The notes under the pieces were generated by a model, which saw only the letters and a program-made list of their open reading frames with translations, had not been told where the DNA came from and ran no database searches. Both the position numbers and the translations under genes were made by a program. A DNA stretch of 40,078 nucleotides. Origin: a virus. Lineage: Duplodnaviria > Caudoviricetes. Positions 27,021-35,328 of the stretch are shown here, piece by piece (the first letter of the stretch is position 1; each line of letters opens with the position of its first letter). The DNA lies in IMG/VR virus record IMGVR_UViG_3300037484_000645, positions 1-40,078 of that record, one strand, 5' to 3'.

Positions 27021-27056
27021 TTGACACTCATTGCTTGATGAGCGACACTCATGTCA
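27021..27056 (+). promoter_or_regulatory. Early lytic promoter (probably leaderless cro transcript) with operator-like repeats
   Basis: TTGACA (27021-26), 17 nt, GACACT (27044-49), then ATG at 27056; GACACTCAT repeated twice; CTCAT-N6-ATGAG dyad; AT-rich. Confidence 0.65.
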
Positions 27057-27307
27057 TGTCCCTCGTATTGAGCGAACTCCAAGTCCGGTGGGGCGACGGG
27101 ATCAGGGGCCTGCGACAGCAGCGAGACCTGTCCCTCGCGAAGCTGGCGCGTCTTGCGGACATCGATCAAGGCCACCTTTCAAGGATCGAGAACGGCGCCA
27201 GCGGTGTCGGCGACGAAGCCAGGTTCAGACTCGCAGCCGCGCTGGGCGTCAGAGTCGAAGAGATCTTCTGCTACCCGGACACCGCCAAAGACCAGGCCAC
27301 ATCATGA
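27056..27307 (+). CDS. Cro-like HTH protein
   Basis: IRGLRQQRDLSLAKLARLADIDQGHLSRIENG...LAAALGV. Confidence 0.88.
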   Translation: MSLVLSELQVRWGDGIRGLRQQRDLSLAKLARLADIDQGHLSRIENGASGVGDEARFRLAAALGVRVEEIFCYPDTAKDQATS

Positions 27308-27510
27308 CGCCTCGTCCCGGGTCCGATCTGCTCACGATCCCGGAGACCGCAGTAGCGCTCCGGCTCAGCCCGAAGACCATCTACCGGCTGATCGCTGACG
27401 GGGCTTTGCCAGTCACCGATGTGGCCAGGCCTGGTTCCTTCCGCCCCCGTAGCCGGGTTCCGCGCTCAGCGGTCAACGCGTTCATCGCTGCCCGGACCCG
27501 TACAGCCTGA
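27304..27510 (+). CDS. xis: Excisionase (HTH_17/MerR-like)
   Basis: LLTIPETAVALRLSPKTIYRLIADGAL...RVPRSAV. Confidence 0.82.
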   Translation: MTPRPGSDLLTIPETAVALRLSPKTIYRLIADGALPVTDVARPGSFRPRSRVPRSAVNAFIAARTRTA

Positions 27511-27532
27511 CCCCCAAACCCCTGGAGACCCC

Positions 27533-28147
27533 ATGTCCGATCCCGATTTCCGCGACGCTCTCGCCGCGGTGGTGGAGGCCCGCAAGCTGGCCGATGATCG
27601 TCCCAATCTCGCGGTCAAGATCCTCGACCGTATGGCCGTGATGGATCTCGCCCTGGCGGAGAACGACCCCGTGTTCTACGCGGGGCGGCTGCGTGAGTGC
27701 ATCAGGGTCCTGGCCGCAGAGCCCGACGAGATGGCCGGGCTGGCCGCCGTGGTGTCCGCGGTGGTGGCTGCTCGTGAGGCACCGGCCGCGGCGCATGATG
27801 CCCTTCCCGTCTATCCCGCGCCAGGCAGCGCCATCCCCGGCCAGCCCGGGTTCGTCGTCGGCGAGTGCGAGCACCGCGTGGCGGGTAGTGAGTGGCGCGC
27901 GGGCTTCCGTACCTGCGAGCGCTGCCCCGGCCCTCGCGTCACGCTGCCCGCCCGCGATATCTCCGAGTGCGCAGGGTGCTGCGTGGGCGTGTGTACGTGC
28001 GCCACGTCCTACACGGCCGAGGCCGCCCGGGCCCGTCGCGTTTCGGCCTTGCCGCCGCTGGTGGGCATTCCTGCCGGCGCGGACCCGGACGGTGAGGGCC
28101 CGACCCATCAGGAGATGTTCGACGACGAACGCCGTTTGGCGCGGTGA
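27533..28147 (+). CDS. Hypothetical protein with Cys clusters
   Basis: GGAG RBS; VVGECEHRV...TCERC and CAGCCVGVCTC. Confidence 0.6.
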   Translation: MSDPDFRDALAAVVEARKLADDRPNLAVKILDRMAVMDLALAENDPVFYAGRLRECIRVLAAEPDEMAGLAAVVSAVVAAREAPAAAHDALPVYPAPGSAIPGQPGFVVGECEHRVAGSEWRAGFRTCERCPGPRVTLPARDISECAGCCVGVCTCATSYTAEAARARRVSALPPLVGIPAGADPDGEGPTHQEMFDDERRLAR

Positions 28148-28446
28148 TGGACGCCGGCGAGCACTTCGCGTTGGGCGAGCAGGCCCTGAACAACGCTGGC
28201 GAGACGCTGGACGCCCGCGAGACCGAGGGGTTCATAGCCCTGGCGACCGCTCATTTCCAGGGCGGGCTGCTCGCGTTCTTCCTTGCCGGCGAGGGCGAGC
28301 CCGCGTTGACCGACGCGGAGGTCCAGGCCCGGCACCACCCGGCTGTACGGCTCCTGATCCGGACCCTGCAAAACGACAGGTCCTCGGCGGAGGCAACCGC
28401 CGAGGACCCGGACAACCCGATCACCCACCAGGGAGTAGATGTATGA
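28147..28446 (+). CDS. Hypothetical protein
   Basis: TGATG coupling, typical codon usage. Confidence 0.6.
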   Translation: MDAGEHFALGEQALNNAGETLDARETEGFIALATAHFQGGLLAFFLAGEGEPALTDAEVQARHHPAVRLLIRTLQNDRSSAEATAEDPDNPITHQGVDV

Positions 28447-28838
28447 CCACTGTAATGGAGGACGCTCCTGTGGAGCCGACATCGACGCTGGCCGAGGTCA
28501 CCGACCTGGACCGCAGGCGGCTGAGCCGGGCACAGTCCGCGGTGATGCCGTGGCTGACGTCCGAGGCCACCGACCGGCTCCCGCTGATCCGGTCCTGGAC
28601 CCTGAACTCCCGCCTCATCCGTGGCCTGATCACCTCAGGCGACCGCGCGCAGGCCCTTGCCCAGGTCGGCCAGTGGGCGGAGCACCTCGGCGCCGACGGC
28701 GTCCAGGAGCAGCCCCACTGCACGAACTTCGTTCTGATCTTCTGCCAGGCCGACATCAGAGGTGTCGCGGTCCGCGTGTGGTCGCTGGTCGCCGCCGACG
28801 TGACCGAGACCCCCGCCGCGACCACCCCGGAGGCATGA
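28443..28838 (+). CDS. Hypothetical protein (MTTVMEDAP...)
   Basis: ATGA coupling at both ends, GGAG RBS. Confidence 0.65.
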   Translation: MTTVMEDAPVEPTSTLAEVTDLDRRRLSRAQSAVMPWLTSEATDRLPLIRSWTLNSRLIRGLITSGDRAQALAQVGQWAEHLGADGVQEQPHCTNFVLIFCQADIRGVAVRVWSLVAADVTETPAATTPEA

Positions 28839-29443
28839 GCCGCATGACCATCTCACCCGAGACCAGAGCCATCCTGGCGGGCCGTGAAGAGGCCCTGCAG
28901 GAACAGCTGAACGCCATGCAGACCGCCCGGACGGCCGCCCGCCAGACCTGGGAGGACCTCGGCACGCGGATCGACGCGTTCACCCTGGACTTGGCCGCTG
29001 TGCAGAGCCTGCTCGCCCAGTCCGTTCCCGGCGCCACGGCCCTGCTGCGGCCCGCTGATGTCACCGCCCCCGAGGACGCGCTGAACCTCACGATCGGGGC
29101 GCTGACCCTGTCCCCGGGCCGGAACGCCTCCGCGGCCCAATGCCGCCTGTACGCCGGGACCATGCGGGTCCTGTGCGACCGGGCCCTGCACCAGGCGCGC
29201 CTGGCCACCGACACCGCCGACGGGCTCGACCCCGACGGCGCGCACGTCCGACGCCAGGCCGTCACCGAGACCGCGAACATCCCCGCCTACGAGCCGACCC
29301 CCAACCAGCCCGGACCCGAACCCACCAACGGCACCGACACCGCGCAGATCATCCGCGACGCCCTGGTCCCCGGTGTCTACCCGTCCGGCCCCGCGGCCAG
29401 CGGCCAGTTCGCCACGATGCCGGACGGAGCGGCCGATGCCTGA
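28835..29443 (+). CDS. Hypothetical protein with N-terminal coiled coil
   Basis: GGAGG RBS, ATGA coupling. Confidence 0.65.
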   Translation: MSRMTISPETRAILAGREEALQEQLNAMQTARTAARQTWEDLGTRIDAFTLDLAAVQSLLAQSVPGATALLRPADVTAPEDALNLTIGALTLSPGRNASAAQCRLYAGTMRVLCDRALHQARLATDTADGLDPDGAHVRRQAVTETANIPAYEPTPNQPGPEPTNGTDTAQIIRDALVPGVYPSGPAASGQFATMPDGAADA

Positions 29444-30548
29444 GAGCAACCTCATCGGGATGCGTGTCGCCATCACCTCCCGCCTCGACCCCGCAGACCG
29501 GCGGCCCGGGGTGGCGTTGCCGCCCGCGGACGGCCGCACCGAGTTGCGGGTGCACACCCACAGCGGCGTGGTCCTGGACGTCGACGGCGGCTGGCTGATC
29601 GCCCGGGAGAGCCCTGCGGATCCGAAGTCCCGCCGGTTGACGCACTGCCCGGCGGGCCGCCCGTTGTACCGGCACGACGACCTGCCCGCAGTGCAGCTGG
29701 CCTCGGTGACGATGCTGAAGCGGGCTCGGCTGCGGCCTGCCGACGGGCAGGAGCCGCTGGCGTCCTACATGGTGATGTCGGGCAAGTACTACGCCCCGCT
29801 GTATGCGATCGTCGACGCCGCGGCGATGCCCGCGTTGTCGCCGGCCCGGCAGGCGAACCGGGACGCCGCACGGACCTGCGCGGCCTGCGGGATCAAGACC
29901 AGGGACCAGTTCGCCCCGCCGTTCGCCCAGGCCCGCGACAAGAAGCGGTACTGCGAGGACTGCCAGGAAGGCGCGGCCAAGGCCTGGTGGGAGGCCTACC
30001 GCGCCCCGGCCCGGCAGGCGGCCGCCGAATGGGCGCGCGAGGTGCTGGCCGACCCGAACGTCCTGCTGTTCCATTACCACTCCTGGTGGGGGCTGGCCGT
30101 GGAGACCCTCGACGGCACCCCTGTGCTGGGCCCGACCCGCACTACCAGGCTGAACCCCGCCACGATGTACGTGCGCCCCTGCGACCTGCCCGACGGCATG
30201 ACCGAGGACGCCTACCGCGCCCAGTTCGTGGCCCTGGCCGACCTCGCAGAACCCCTCCGCGCCCTGCAGACGCGTCGGCTCATCTCCGTCCAGGGCACCT
30301 ACGCCGGTGTCGACTACCTGAACCAGGACATGACCGACCTCGCCGGGGACGCCGTCACTCTGACCGCCCTGCCTGGTGATTCGTTCGGCCGTCGCTTCGA
30401 CGACTGGCGGGCCGAGCTCAGCCAGCACGGGATGCCCGGCTACCGGTACAACACCAACCTCAAGCGCCACGACCTGCCGGACGACCCCGCCGAATGCGTG
30501 AACGCCATCCGGCAGGGTCTCCACCAGATGGCCGCGTGGCGCCCATGA
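29436..30548 (+). CDS. Zn-finger protein with degenerate exonuclease-like C-terminus
   Basis: LKRARLRP...PLY...RTCAACG...YCEDC...AAEWAREVLADP; lacks the expected DTETTG motif. Confidence 0.6.
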   Translation: MPESNLIGMRVAITSRLDPADRRPGVALPPADGRTELRVHTHSGVVLDVDGGWLIARESPADPKSRRLTHCPAGRPLYRHDDLPAVQLASVTMLKRARLRPADGQEPLASYMVMSGKYYAPLYAIVDAAAMPALSPARQANRDAARTCAACGIKTRDQFAPPFAQARDKKRYCEDCQEGAAKAWWEAYRAPARQAAAEWAREVLADPNVLLFHYHSWWGLAVETLDGTPVLGPTRTTRLNPATMYVRPCDLPDGMTEDAYRAQFVALADLAEPLRALQTRRLISVQGTYAGVDYLNQDMTDLAGDAVTLTALPGDSFGRRFDDWRAELSQHGMPGYRYNTNLKRHDLPDDPAECVNAIRQGLHQMAAWRP

Positions 30549-30964
30549 GAACGCTCCCCGGCACCCCGGCCGCGATGGTCACGCCGCCGGTCTATCTGGA
30601 GTGCCCTCCCTGGTGCGCCCACGGCCATGACGCGGACGTCAACGGCCCCGGCCTGTGGACCCGGAACCACCGCAGGACGGGAGGATACGTCGACCTGACG
30701 GGATACCCGGACGCGTACGCGATGGTCTGGGTTGCCGTGCGCGACAGCTGGAGGCCGGGCACCTCGACCGACGAGTGGAAGCGCGACCGCCCGATCGTCT
30801 TGATCAGCCCCGCCCGCGACACCGAGGCGATCAAGGTCTGGAACGTCCCGACGCTGCGGCCGATCCTCAAGGCCGGTCCGCTCCTCATGCCGGGCCTGCT
30901 CGACCTGATCATCGAAGCCGCGCAGTTCTGCGAGATCAAGATCCCGCAGGAGTACGCGGGATGA
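30545..30964 (+). CDS. CPxWC-motif hypothetical protein (DUF6907-like)
   Basis: CPPWCAHGH...H; ATGA coupling. Confidence 0.65.
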   Translation: MRTLPGTPAAMVTPPVYLECPPWCAHGHDADVNGPGLWTRNHRRTGGYVDLTGYPDAYAMVWVAVRDSWRPGTSTDEWKRDRPIVLISPARDTEAIKVWNVPTLRPILKAGPLLMPGLLDLIIEAAQFCEIKIPQEYAG

Positions 30965-31080
30965 TCTACCTCGCGGCCTCCGCCTTCACCCTGATCTCCT
31001 TCGCCCTCATATGCGATGGCGAGGTACGGGCGGCGGCCGCGTGGATGGACCGTGAGCGGCGCAAGCGAGGCCGCCGGTGA
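30961..31080 (+). CDS. Small TM peptide (MIYLAASAF...)
   Basis: AGGAG RBS, ATGA coupling. Confidence 0.55.
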   Translation: MIYLAASAFTLISFALICDGEVRAAAAWMDRERRKRGRR

Positions 31081-31361
31081 CCATCCCCCGAATCCCCGGA
31101 GTGACCGCGCCCCCCGACGCGGTGTGCTCCGGCGGCGGCCAGCCCCCGTGGCCGCCTCCAGCCCGGGCGGGTGGCGCCCCCGCACCGCCCGGGCTGGACC
31201 CTCACACGTCGGCCGCCCCGCATCAGGGGACGGGACGGCCGACCCATGACGCTGCGCCTGGTTGGGGGGTCCTCCGGCGCAGCTGTCCCCCGCCCGGGCT
31301 CCGACCCCCGGGCGGGGGACCCCCGACCCCGTACCCGCGACCTCACAGGAGAGTGCGATGA
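31077..31361 (+). CDS. Pro-rich hypothetical ORF
   Basis: Coupled at both ends (GTGA, ATGA) but low complexity. Confidence 0.35.
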   Translation: MTIPRIPGVTAPPDAVCSGGGQPPWPPPARAGGAPAPPGLDPHTSAAPHQGTGRPTHDAAPGWGVLRRSCPPPGLRPPGGGPPTPYPRPHRRVR

Positions 31362-31696
31362 CCGCTCAGCCATACGATCCTGGACCGCTCCCGGCCGCCG
31401 TCGAACCGGCCAGCCCGGAAGTGTCCCCGGCTGTGATGGCCGCCGCGAAGGCCGCTTTCCGGGAAGGCCTCGACACCGGCGAGCAGGGGGTGCTGCAACG
31501 CGCGATCTCCGCTGCGCTGAAGGCCGCGACCGTGGAGGTCTACGCCGTCCTGGTCGAACAAGGGATCGATGAGCGGACCCGGCAGGCCGAGGCCCGCCTG
31601 GCCAAGGTCACCGCGACCGCCCAGGCCTGGGCCACCACCGGCACCGCCGACCAGCGCAAGGCAGGCCGGATGCTCCTGTCCGACCTGGGCCACTGA
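31358..31696 (+). CDS. Hypothetical helical protein
   Basis: AGGAG RBS, ATG at 31358. Confidence 0.65.
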   Translation: MTAQPYDPGPLPAAVEPASPEVSPAVMAAAKAAFREGLDTGEQGVLQRAISAALKAATVEVYAVLVEQGIDERTRQAEARLAKVTATAQAWATTGTADQRKAGRMLLSDLGH

Positions 31697-31738
31697 ACAG
31701 AACGCTGCTGAACACAACTCAGCGCTTTGGAACGCCAG

Positions 31739-31766
31739 GCCCCCTACGCGACCCCGCGTAGGGGGC
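31739..31766 (+). terminator. Perfect 12-bp hairpin
   Basis: GCCCCCTACGCG-ACCC-CGCGTAGGGGGC in an intergenic gap. Confidence 0.5.
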
Positions 31767-31795
31767 GTCATCGCATCGCAGGGAGGTGGATCGGG

Positions 31796-32116
31796 GTGGC
31801 CCCATCGACGTGCCGCCTGTGCCGTCGTCCTCTGATCCTGGCCCTGACGGCCCGAGGGCGGCGGCAGCCACTGGACTCCGAACCGAACCGTGACGGGAAC
31901 GTCCTGGCCTACCAGGACGACCGCCAGGTGTGGCATGCCCGGAGCATGCGCGCCGACGGGATCCCCCAGAAGCCCTGGGAGGACGTGTACATGCCGCACT
32001 TCGCCACCTGCCCCATGCGGGCCCGGCAGCTGACGTTGCCCATCGCCGTCACCAGGCCACGCCGCGACGGGGTCGTCGACCTGGAGGCCGCCCGCGCCCG
32101 CCGGCGGCCTCCATAG
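31796..32116 (+). CDS. Zn-binding phage protein (CxxC...HFATC)
   Basis: GGAGG RBS; CRLCRRPLI...PLDSEP..DGNV...YMPHFATCP. Confidence 0.75.
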   Translation: MAPSTCRLCRRPLILALTARGRRQPLDSEPNRDGNVLAYQDDRQVWHARSMRADGIPQKPWEDVYMPHFATCPMRARQLTLPIAVTRPRRDGVVDLEAARARRRPP

Positions 32117-32216
32117 ATCGCTTCTCGCCCGACCTGGGCTTCTGACACAGAACTGCCAGGCCTCCTGCGCGACGACGCACAGGTGGCGTAGATCATCTTG
32201 ATGTAGGGGGAGGCAG

Positions 32217-33065
32217 ATGAGCGCCAAGCTCATCGGCGAGCTCGCCGAGTGGCTGCAGAGCCCGGTCGCCGCCGGTCTGACACCGGGCGAGATCGCCATT
32301 CTGTACACGATCGCCGAGCGCGCGGAGGACCACGGCAGGACCATGCTCCGGCACCGCACCGACGACAAGCCCCTGATCGAGCGGATCGCCCGGGGCAGCG
32401 GTCTGAAGATCGAGACGGATGCACTCAAGAAGGCATTCCAGCGGCTCGCCAAGCGCGGTCTCGAGGTCCGGGTACAGACCGGCACCGATGCCGCGGGCCG
32501 CCCCATCTACGCCTGTGACGGCCGCTCCATGGGGTTCCGTCTTCCCGTCTTCCCCGCGTCCGTTCGCATCCCCGAGAGGGGGGAATACGTTCCCTCCTCT
32601 GAAGCCCAAAGGGGGGAACCGGTTCCCCCCTCTTGGCCCCTCGCCCCTGTGGACAACCCAGTTATCCACAGCCCTCTCCCGGTCGCAGAGGGGGGAATGT
32701 ATTCCCCCCTCTGCCCCCAGAGGGGGGAACCAGTTCCCCAGAGGGGGGAACCAGTTCCCGCTTGGGGGGAATCAGTTCCCCCCCTAAGTCCCTCTGTTCC
32801 CTCTATTCCCTCTCAGTCAAAGGCTCCCTCTAAAGACGACGACAACTTGAGGTATCCACTGGCTGAGCTGGAAGGGGGGTCCGGCGACGATCCGCCCCTC
32901 CCAGGAATCGACCAAGATCAATATTTGGCTGCTCAGGGAACGCTCCTGAACCTGCCCGATCACGGCACCTTCCTCCTCGCCCGCGCCACCGCCGAACTCC
33001 CCGACGCCCGCCACGAGGAACGCATCATCTACGCCGCCGCGCTCGCCGCCCGGATCCCCGCATGA
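32217..33065 (+). CDS. Replication initiator-like protein with internal iterons
   Basis: N-terminal wHTH-like region (LTPGEIAILYTIAE...KAFQRLAKRGL) followed by a repeat-encoded linker, as in lambda O-type initiators. Confidence 0.75.
   Translation: MSAKLIGELAEWLQSPVAAGLTPGEIAILYTIAERAEDHGRTMLRHRTDDKPLIERIARGSGLKIETDALKKAFQRLAKRGLEVRVQTGTDAAGRPIYACDGRSMGFRLPVFPASVRIPERGEYVPSSEAQRGEPVPPSWPLAPVDNPVIHSPLPVAEGGMYSPLCPQRGEPVPQRGEPVPAWGESVPPLSPSVPSIPSQSKAPSKDDDNLRYPLAELEGGSGDDPPLPGIDQDQYLAAQGTLLNLPDHGTFLLARATAELPDARHEERIIYAAALAARIPA
32575..32785. repeat. ori: Replication origin: six palindromic iterons plus two DnaA boxes
   Basis: GGGGGGAA-N4-TTCCC(CCC) at about 32575, 32608, 32687, 32719, 32740 and 32764; TGTGGACAA at 32648-32656 and TTATCCACA at 32662-32670. 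Confidence 0.8.
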
Positions 33066-33161
33066 CCACCCACTCAGGAGCCGCCCCGTGAACGCCCGTT
33101 CGATCTACCTCCGCCTGGCCGCCCACGGCCGCCGCCGCCTCACCGACCGGAAGGCCACCCG

Positions 33162-33596
33162 ATGACGATCCTGCGCCCCGTGTCCCGGCTCGCACTCATG
33201 TTCGGAGCCCGCAGCAACGCCCCCGAACCGGCGGACCCACAGCCCGGATCCCTGATGCCCCAGCTCGACACGATCGACCGCGAGCAGGCCGAGCGAGCAG
33301 CCGTCCGGCTCGGCATGCTGCCAGGCGAGACCCTAGCCGAGGACGCACTGATCGACGTCCAGATGCCCGGCCCCCGCCAGCGGCTACCGACGACCCAGGC
33401 CCCGCGGGAACCGATCCCGGTACCGCTGTCGGACCCGCTGCTCATCGCCGCCCGCGAGGCAGGCAAGACCTACGAGGCCACCGCCGAGGAGTGGACGTGG
33501 GAGGGCTACAACGCCGCGATCATCACCGCCGTCCTGCCCATCCACGACGCGATTCGCGAATCCGGAATCGAGAGCAGCGCGGACGGCGGGACATGA
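33162..33596 (+). CDS. Hypothetical protein
   Basis: GGAAGG RBS, ATGA coupling. Confidence 0.65.
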   Translation: MTILRPVSRLALMFGARSNAPEPADPQPGSLMPQLDTIDREQAERAAVRLGMLPGETLAEDALIDVQMPGPRQRLPTTQAPREPIPVPLSDPLLIAAREAGKTYEATAEEWTWEGYNAAIITAVLPIHDAIRESGIESSADGGT

Positions 33597-33961
33597 GCCT
33601 CTTCTTCGACAAGGCGGGCCAGCCGCTCACCATGGAGCGCGCGAACGAGCTCCTGTCGGACACCGAGTACGTCCGCATCGCCCAGCACACGGAGGCCGGC
33701 TGCTGGGTGTCCACCGTATGGCTCGGCACGAACAGGAACTTCTTCGGAGTTGGCCCGCCCCAGCTCTTCGAAACGATGATCTTCGGCCCGGTCATGGACT
33801 GCTACCAGTGGCGATGGCCCACCGAAGCAGCCGCCCTCGCCGGACACGACCAGATCGTCATGGAGCTGCGGGCTGAGATCCACCGGCTGCGCAGCACACC
33901 GAGCCCGTGTCCATGGGCGCACGGGTACCACCGCAAGACCCGACACAGGAACCGCCGATGA
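33593..33961 (+). CDS. Phage hypothetical protein (VSTVWLG...FETMIFG)
   Basis: VSTVWLG/FETMIF/AALAGH pattern familiar from phage proteins; ATGA coupling. Confidence 0.8.
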   Translation: MSLFFDKAGQPLTMERANELLSDTEYVRIAQHTEAGCWVSTVWLGTNRNFFGVGPPQLFETMIFGPVMDCYQWRWPTEAAALAGHDQIVMELRAEIHRLRSTPSPCPWAHGYHRKTRHRNRR

Positions 33962-34245
33962 GCGCCGAACTGGGCATGCCCGACGCCGAGGTCCTCGAAG
34001 GTGCCATCGTGCCGCCGCGCCGGATCACCCTGAAGCTCAACGTGGACACCAGCGCCTTCGCCGCAGCCATGGGAGTCCTCTCCGAGCGCATGCGTGTCGC
34101 CCTCGCACCCTTCCGGGAGATATTCCACCGGCTCGGCCATGGTCGGCCCGCTAAGTGCCGGATCTGCAACCCGCTCGGCAACCCACCGCCCGCTCCCTGG
34201 GCCGCCGACTACCGCCGCAAGACCCGACGCAGGAACCGCCGATGA
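33958..34245 (+). CDS. Hypothetical protein
   Basis: ATGA coupling; H...CRICNP; C-terminus resembles that of the upstream gene. Confidence 0.7.
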   Translation: MSAELGMPDAEVLEGAIVPPRRITLKLNVDTSAFAAAMGVLSERMRVALAPFREIFHRLGHGRPAKCRICNPLGNPPPAPWAADYRRKTRRRNRR

Positions 34246-34511
34246 CCGAGATGACCGAGGACACCTACCCGGCCGCCCTCACCGCGCTGACGACTCTGAC
34301 CCGTGCGATGCTCCAGCTCGCCGAGAATGTCGACATCCCGGAGATGCGCCGAATCGTCGCCCGCTTCGAGACCATCGCGCCGATCATCGAACCGACCGCC
34401 TACCAGCGCGGCGGCGGCATCAACCTCCACGACCAGGCCGCGCTCCTGGAGGCCTTCGAGCGGTTCATCACCGACGTCCGCAAGCTCGACCGAAGCGAGT
34501 CCAGCCGATGA
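34242..34511 (+). CDS. Hypothetical protein, copy 1 of duplicated gene
   Basis: MTEMTEDTYPAALT...; near-identical to 34679..34948. Confidence 0.75.
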   Translation: MTEMTEDTYPAALTALTTLTRAMLQLAENVDIPEMRRIVARFETIAPIIEPTAYQRGGGINLHDQAALLEAFERFITDVRKLDRSESSR

Positions 34512-34678
34512 GCGACGAGGCCACGCCCGGCACGAGGAGTACCTCGATCCGCGAGTACGTCACCGACGCGATCGTCTACCACCCCAGCAACAGTCGCACC
34601 GGTCTGCCCGAGACCCGACGACCCGCCTGCGCGGGCCTTGCCGGCATTGCGGTCAAGGCCGTCCGCGAGGAACCGCCG

Positions 34679-34948
34679 ATGACCGAGATGACCGAGGACA
34701 CCTACCCGGCCGCCCTCACCGTGCTGACGACCCTGACCAGGGCAATGCTCCAGCTCGCCGAGAAGGTCGACATCCCGGAGATGCGCCGCATCGTCGCCCG
34801 GTTCGAGACCATCGCGCCGATCATCGAACCGACCGCCTACCAGAGCGGCGGGGGTCTCAACCTTCGCGACCAGGACGCGCTCCTGGCGGCCCTCGACCGG
34901 TTCATCACCGACGTCCGCAAGCTCGACCGAAGCGAGTCCAGCCGATGA
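34679..34948 (+). CDS. Hypothetical protein, copy 2 (may be translated as a fusion from ATG 34508)
   Basis: Near-identical to copy 1; in frame with upstream ATG 34508. Confidence 0.7.
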   Translation: MTEMTEDTYPAALTVLTTLTRAMLQLAEKVDIPEMRRIVARFETIAPIIEPTAYQSGGGLNLRDQDALLAALDRFITDVRKLDRSESSR

Positions 34949-35328
34949 ACGACGAGACCACTCGCGACGAAGACCTGTGCGATCGGATGTCCGGCCTCAT
35001 CGACGACGTCTACCAGTTCCTCGGCCCGGACGCATTCGAACCGGACCGTGCCGCACGGAATGCCATGGACGCGGTCCGGCCCGAACTCGACCGGCGGGAC
35101 GCGCAGATCAAGGGGCTGGCCGCGCTCATCAGCCAATCCGACGCAGATCTCCAGGCGTACAGGGGCGAGTACGAGCAGCTGGACAAGGAGCTCAACCAGC
35201 TGCGCGCCACCCTCGCCCGGGTGAAGGAGCTCGCCGTCATGGGCGGCCAGGACCCGGTGACCGTCCGCCAATGGATCGTCATCGAGATCGACCAACCCAC
35301 CACCACCACGAAGGAGCCCCGAGCATGA
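34945..35328 (+). CDS. Coiled-coil hypothetical protein
   Basis: ATGA coupling; AMDAVRPELDRRDAQI...LRATLARV. Confidence 0.7.
   Translation: MNDETTRDEDLCDRMSGLIDDVYQFLGPDAFEPDRAARNAMDAVRPELDRRDAQIKGLAALISQSDADLQAYRGEYEQLDKELNQLRATLARVKELAVMGGQDPVTVRQWIVIEIDQPTTTTKEPRA

Noticed and set aside
26951-27175. N-terminal 75-aa extension of the repressor in the ORF track
   Set aside because: Overlaps cro and the divergent promoter region; the HTH begins right after Met at 26950
32575-32785. CRISPR array
   Set aside because: Palindromic repeats are irregularly spaced, some abut, they lie inside a coding gene and no cas genes are present; iterons explain them better
34231-34948. Diversity-generating retroelement template/variable repeat pair
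   Set aside because: No reverse transcriptase in the genome and differences are not adenine-specific
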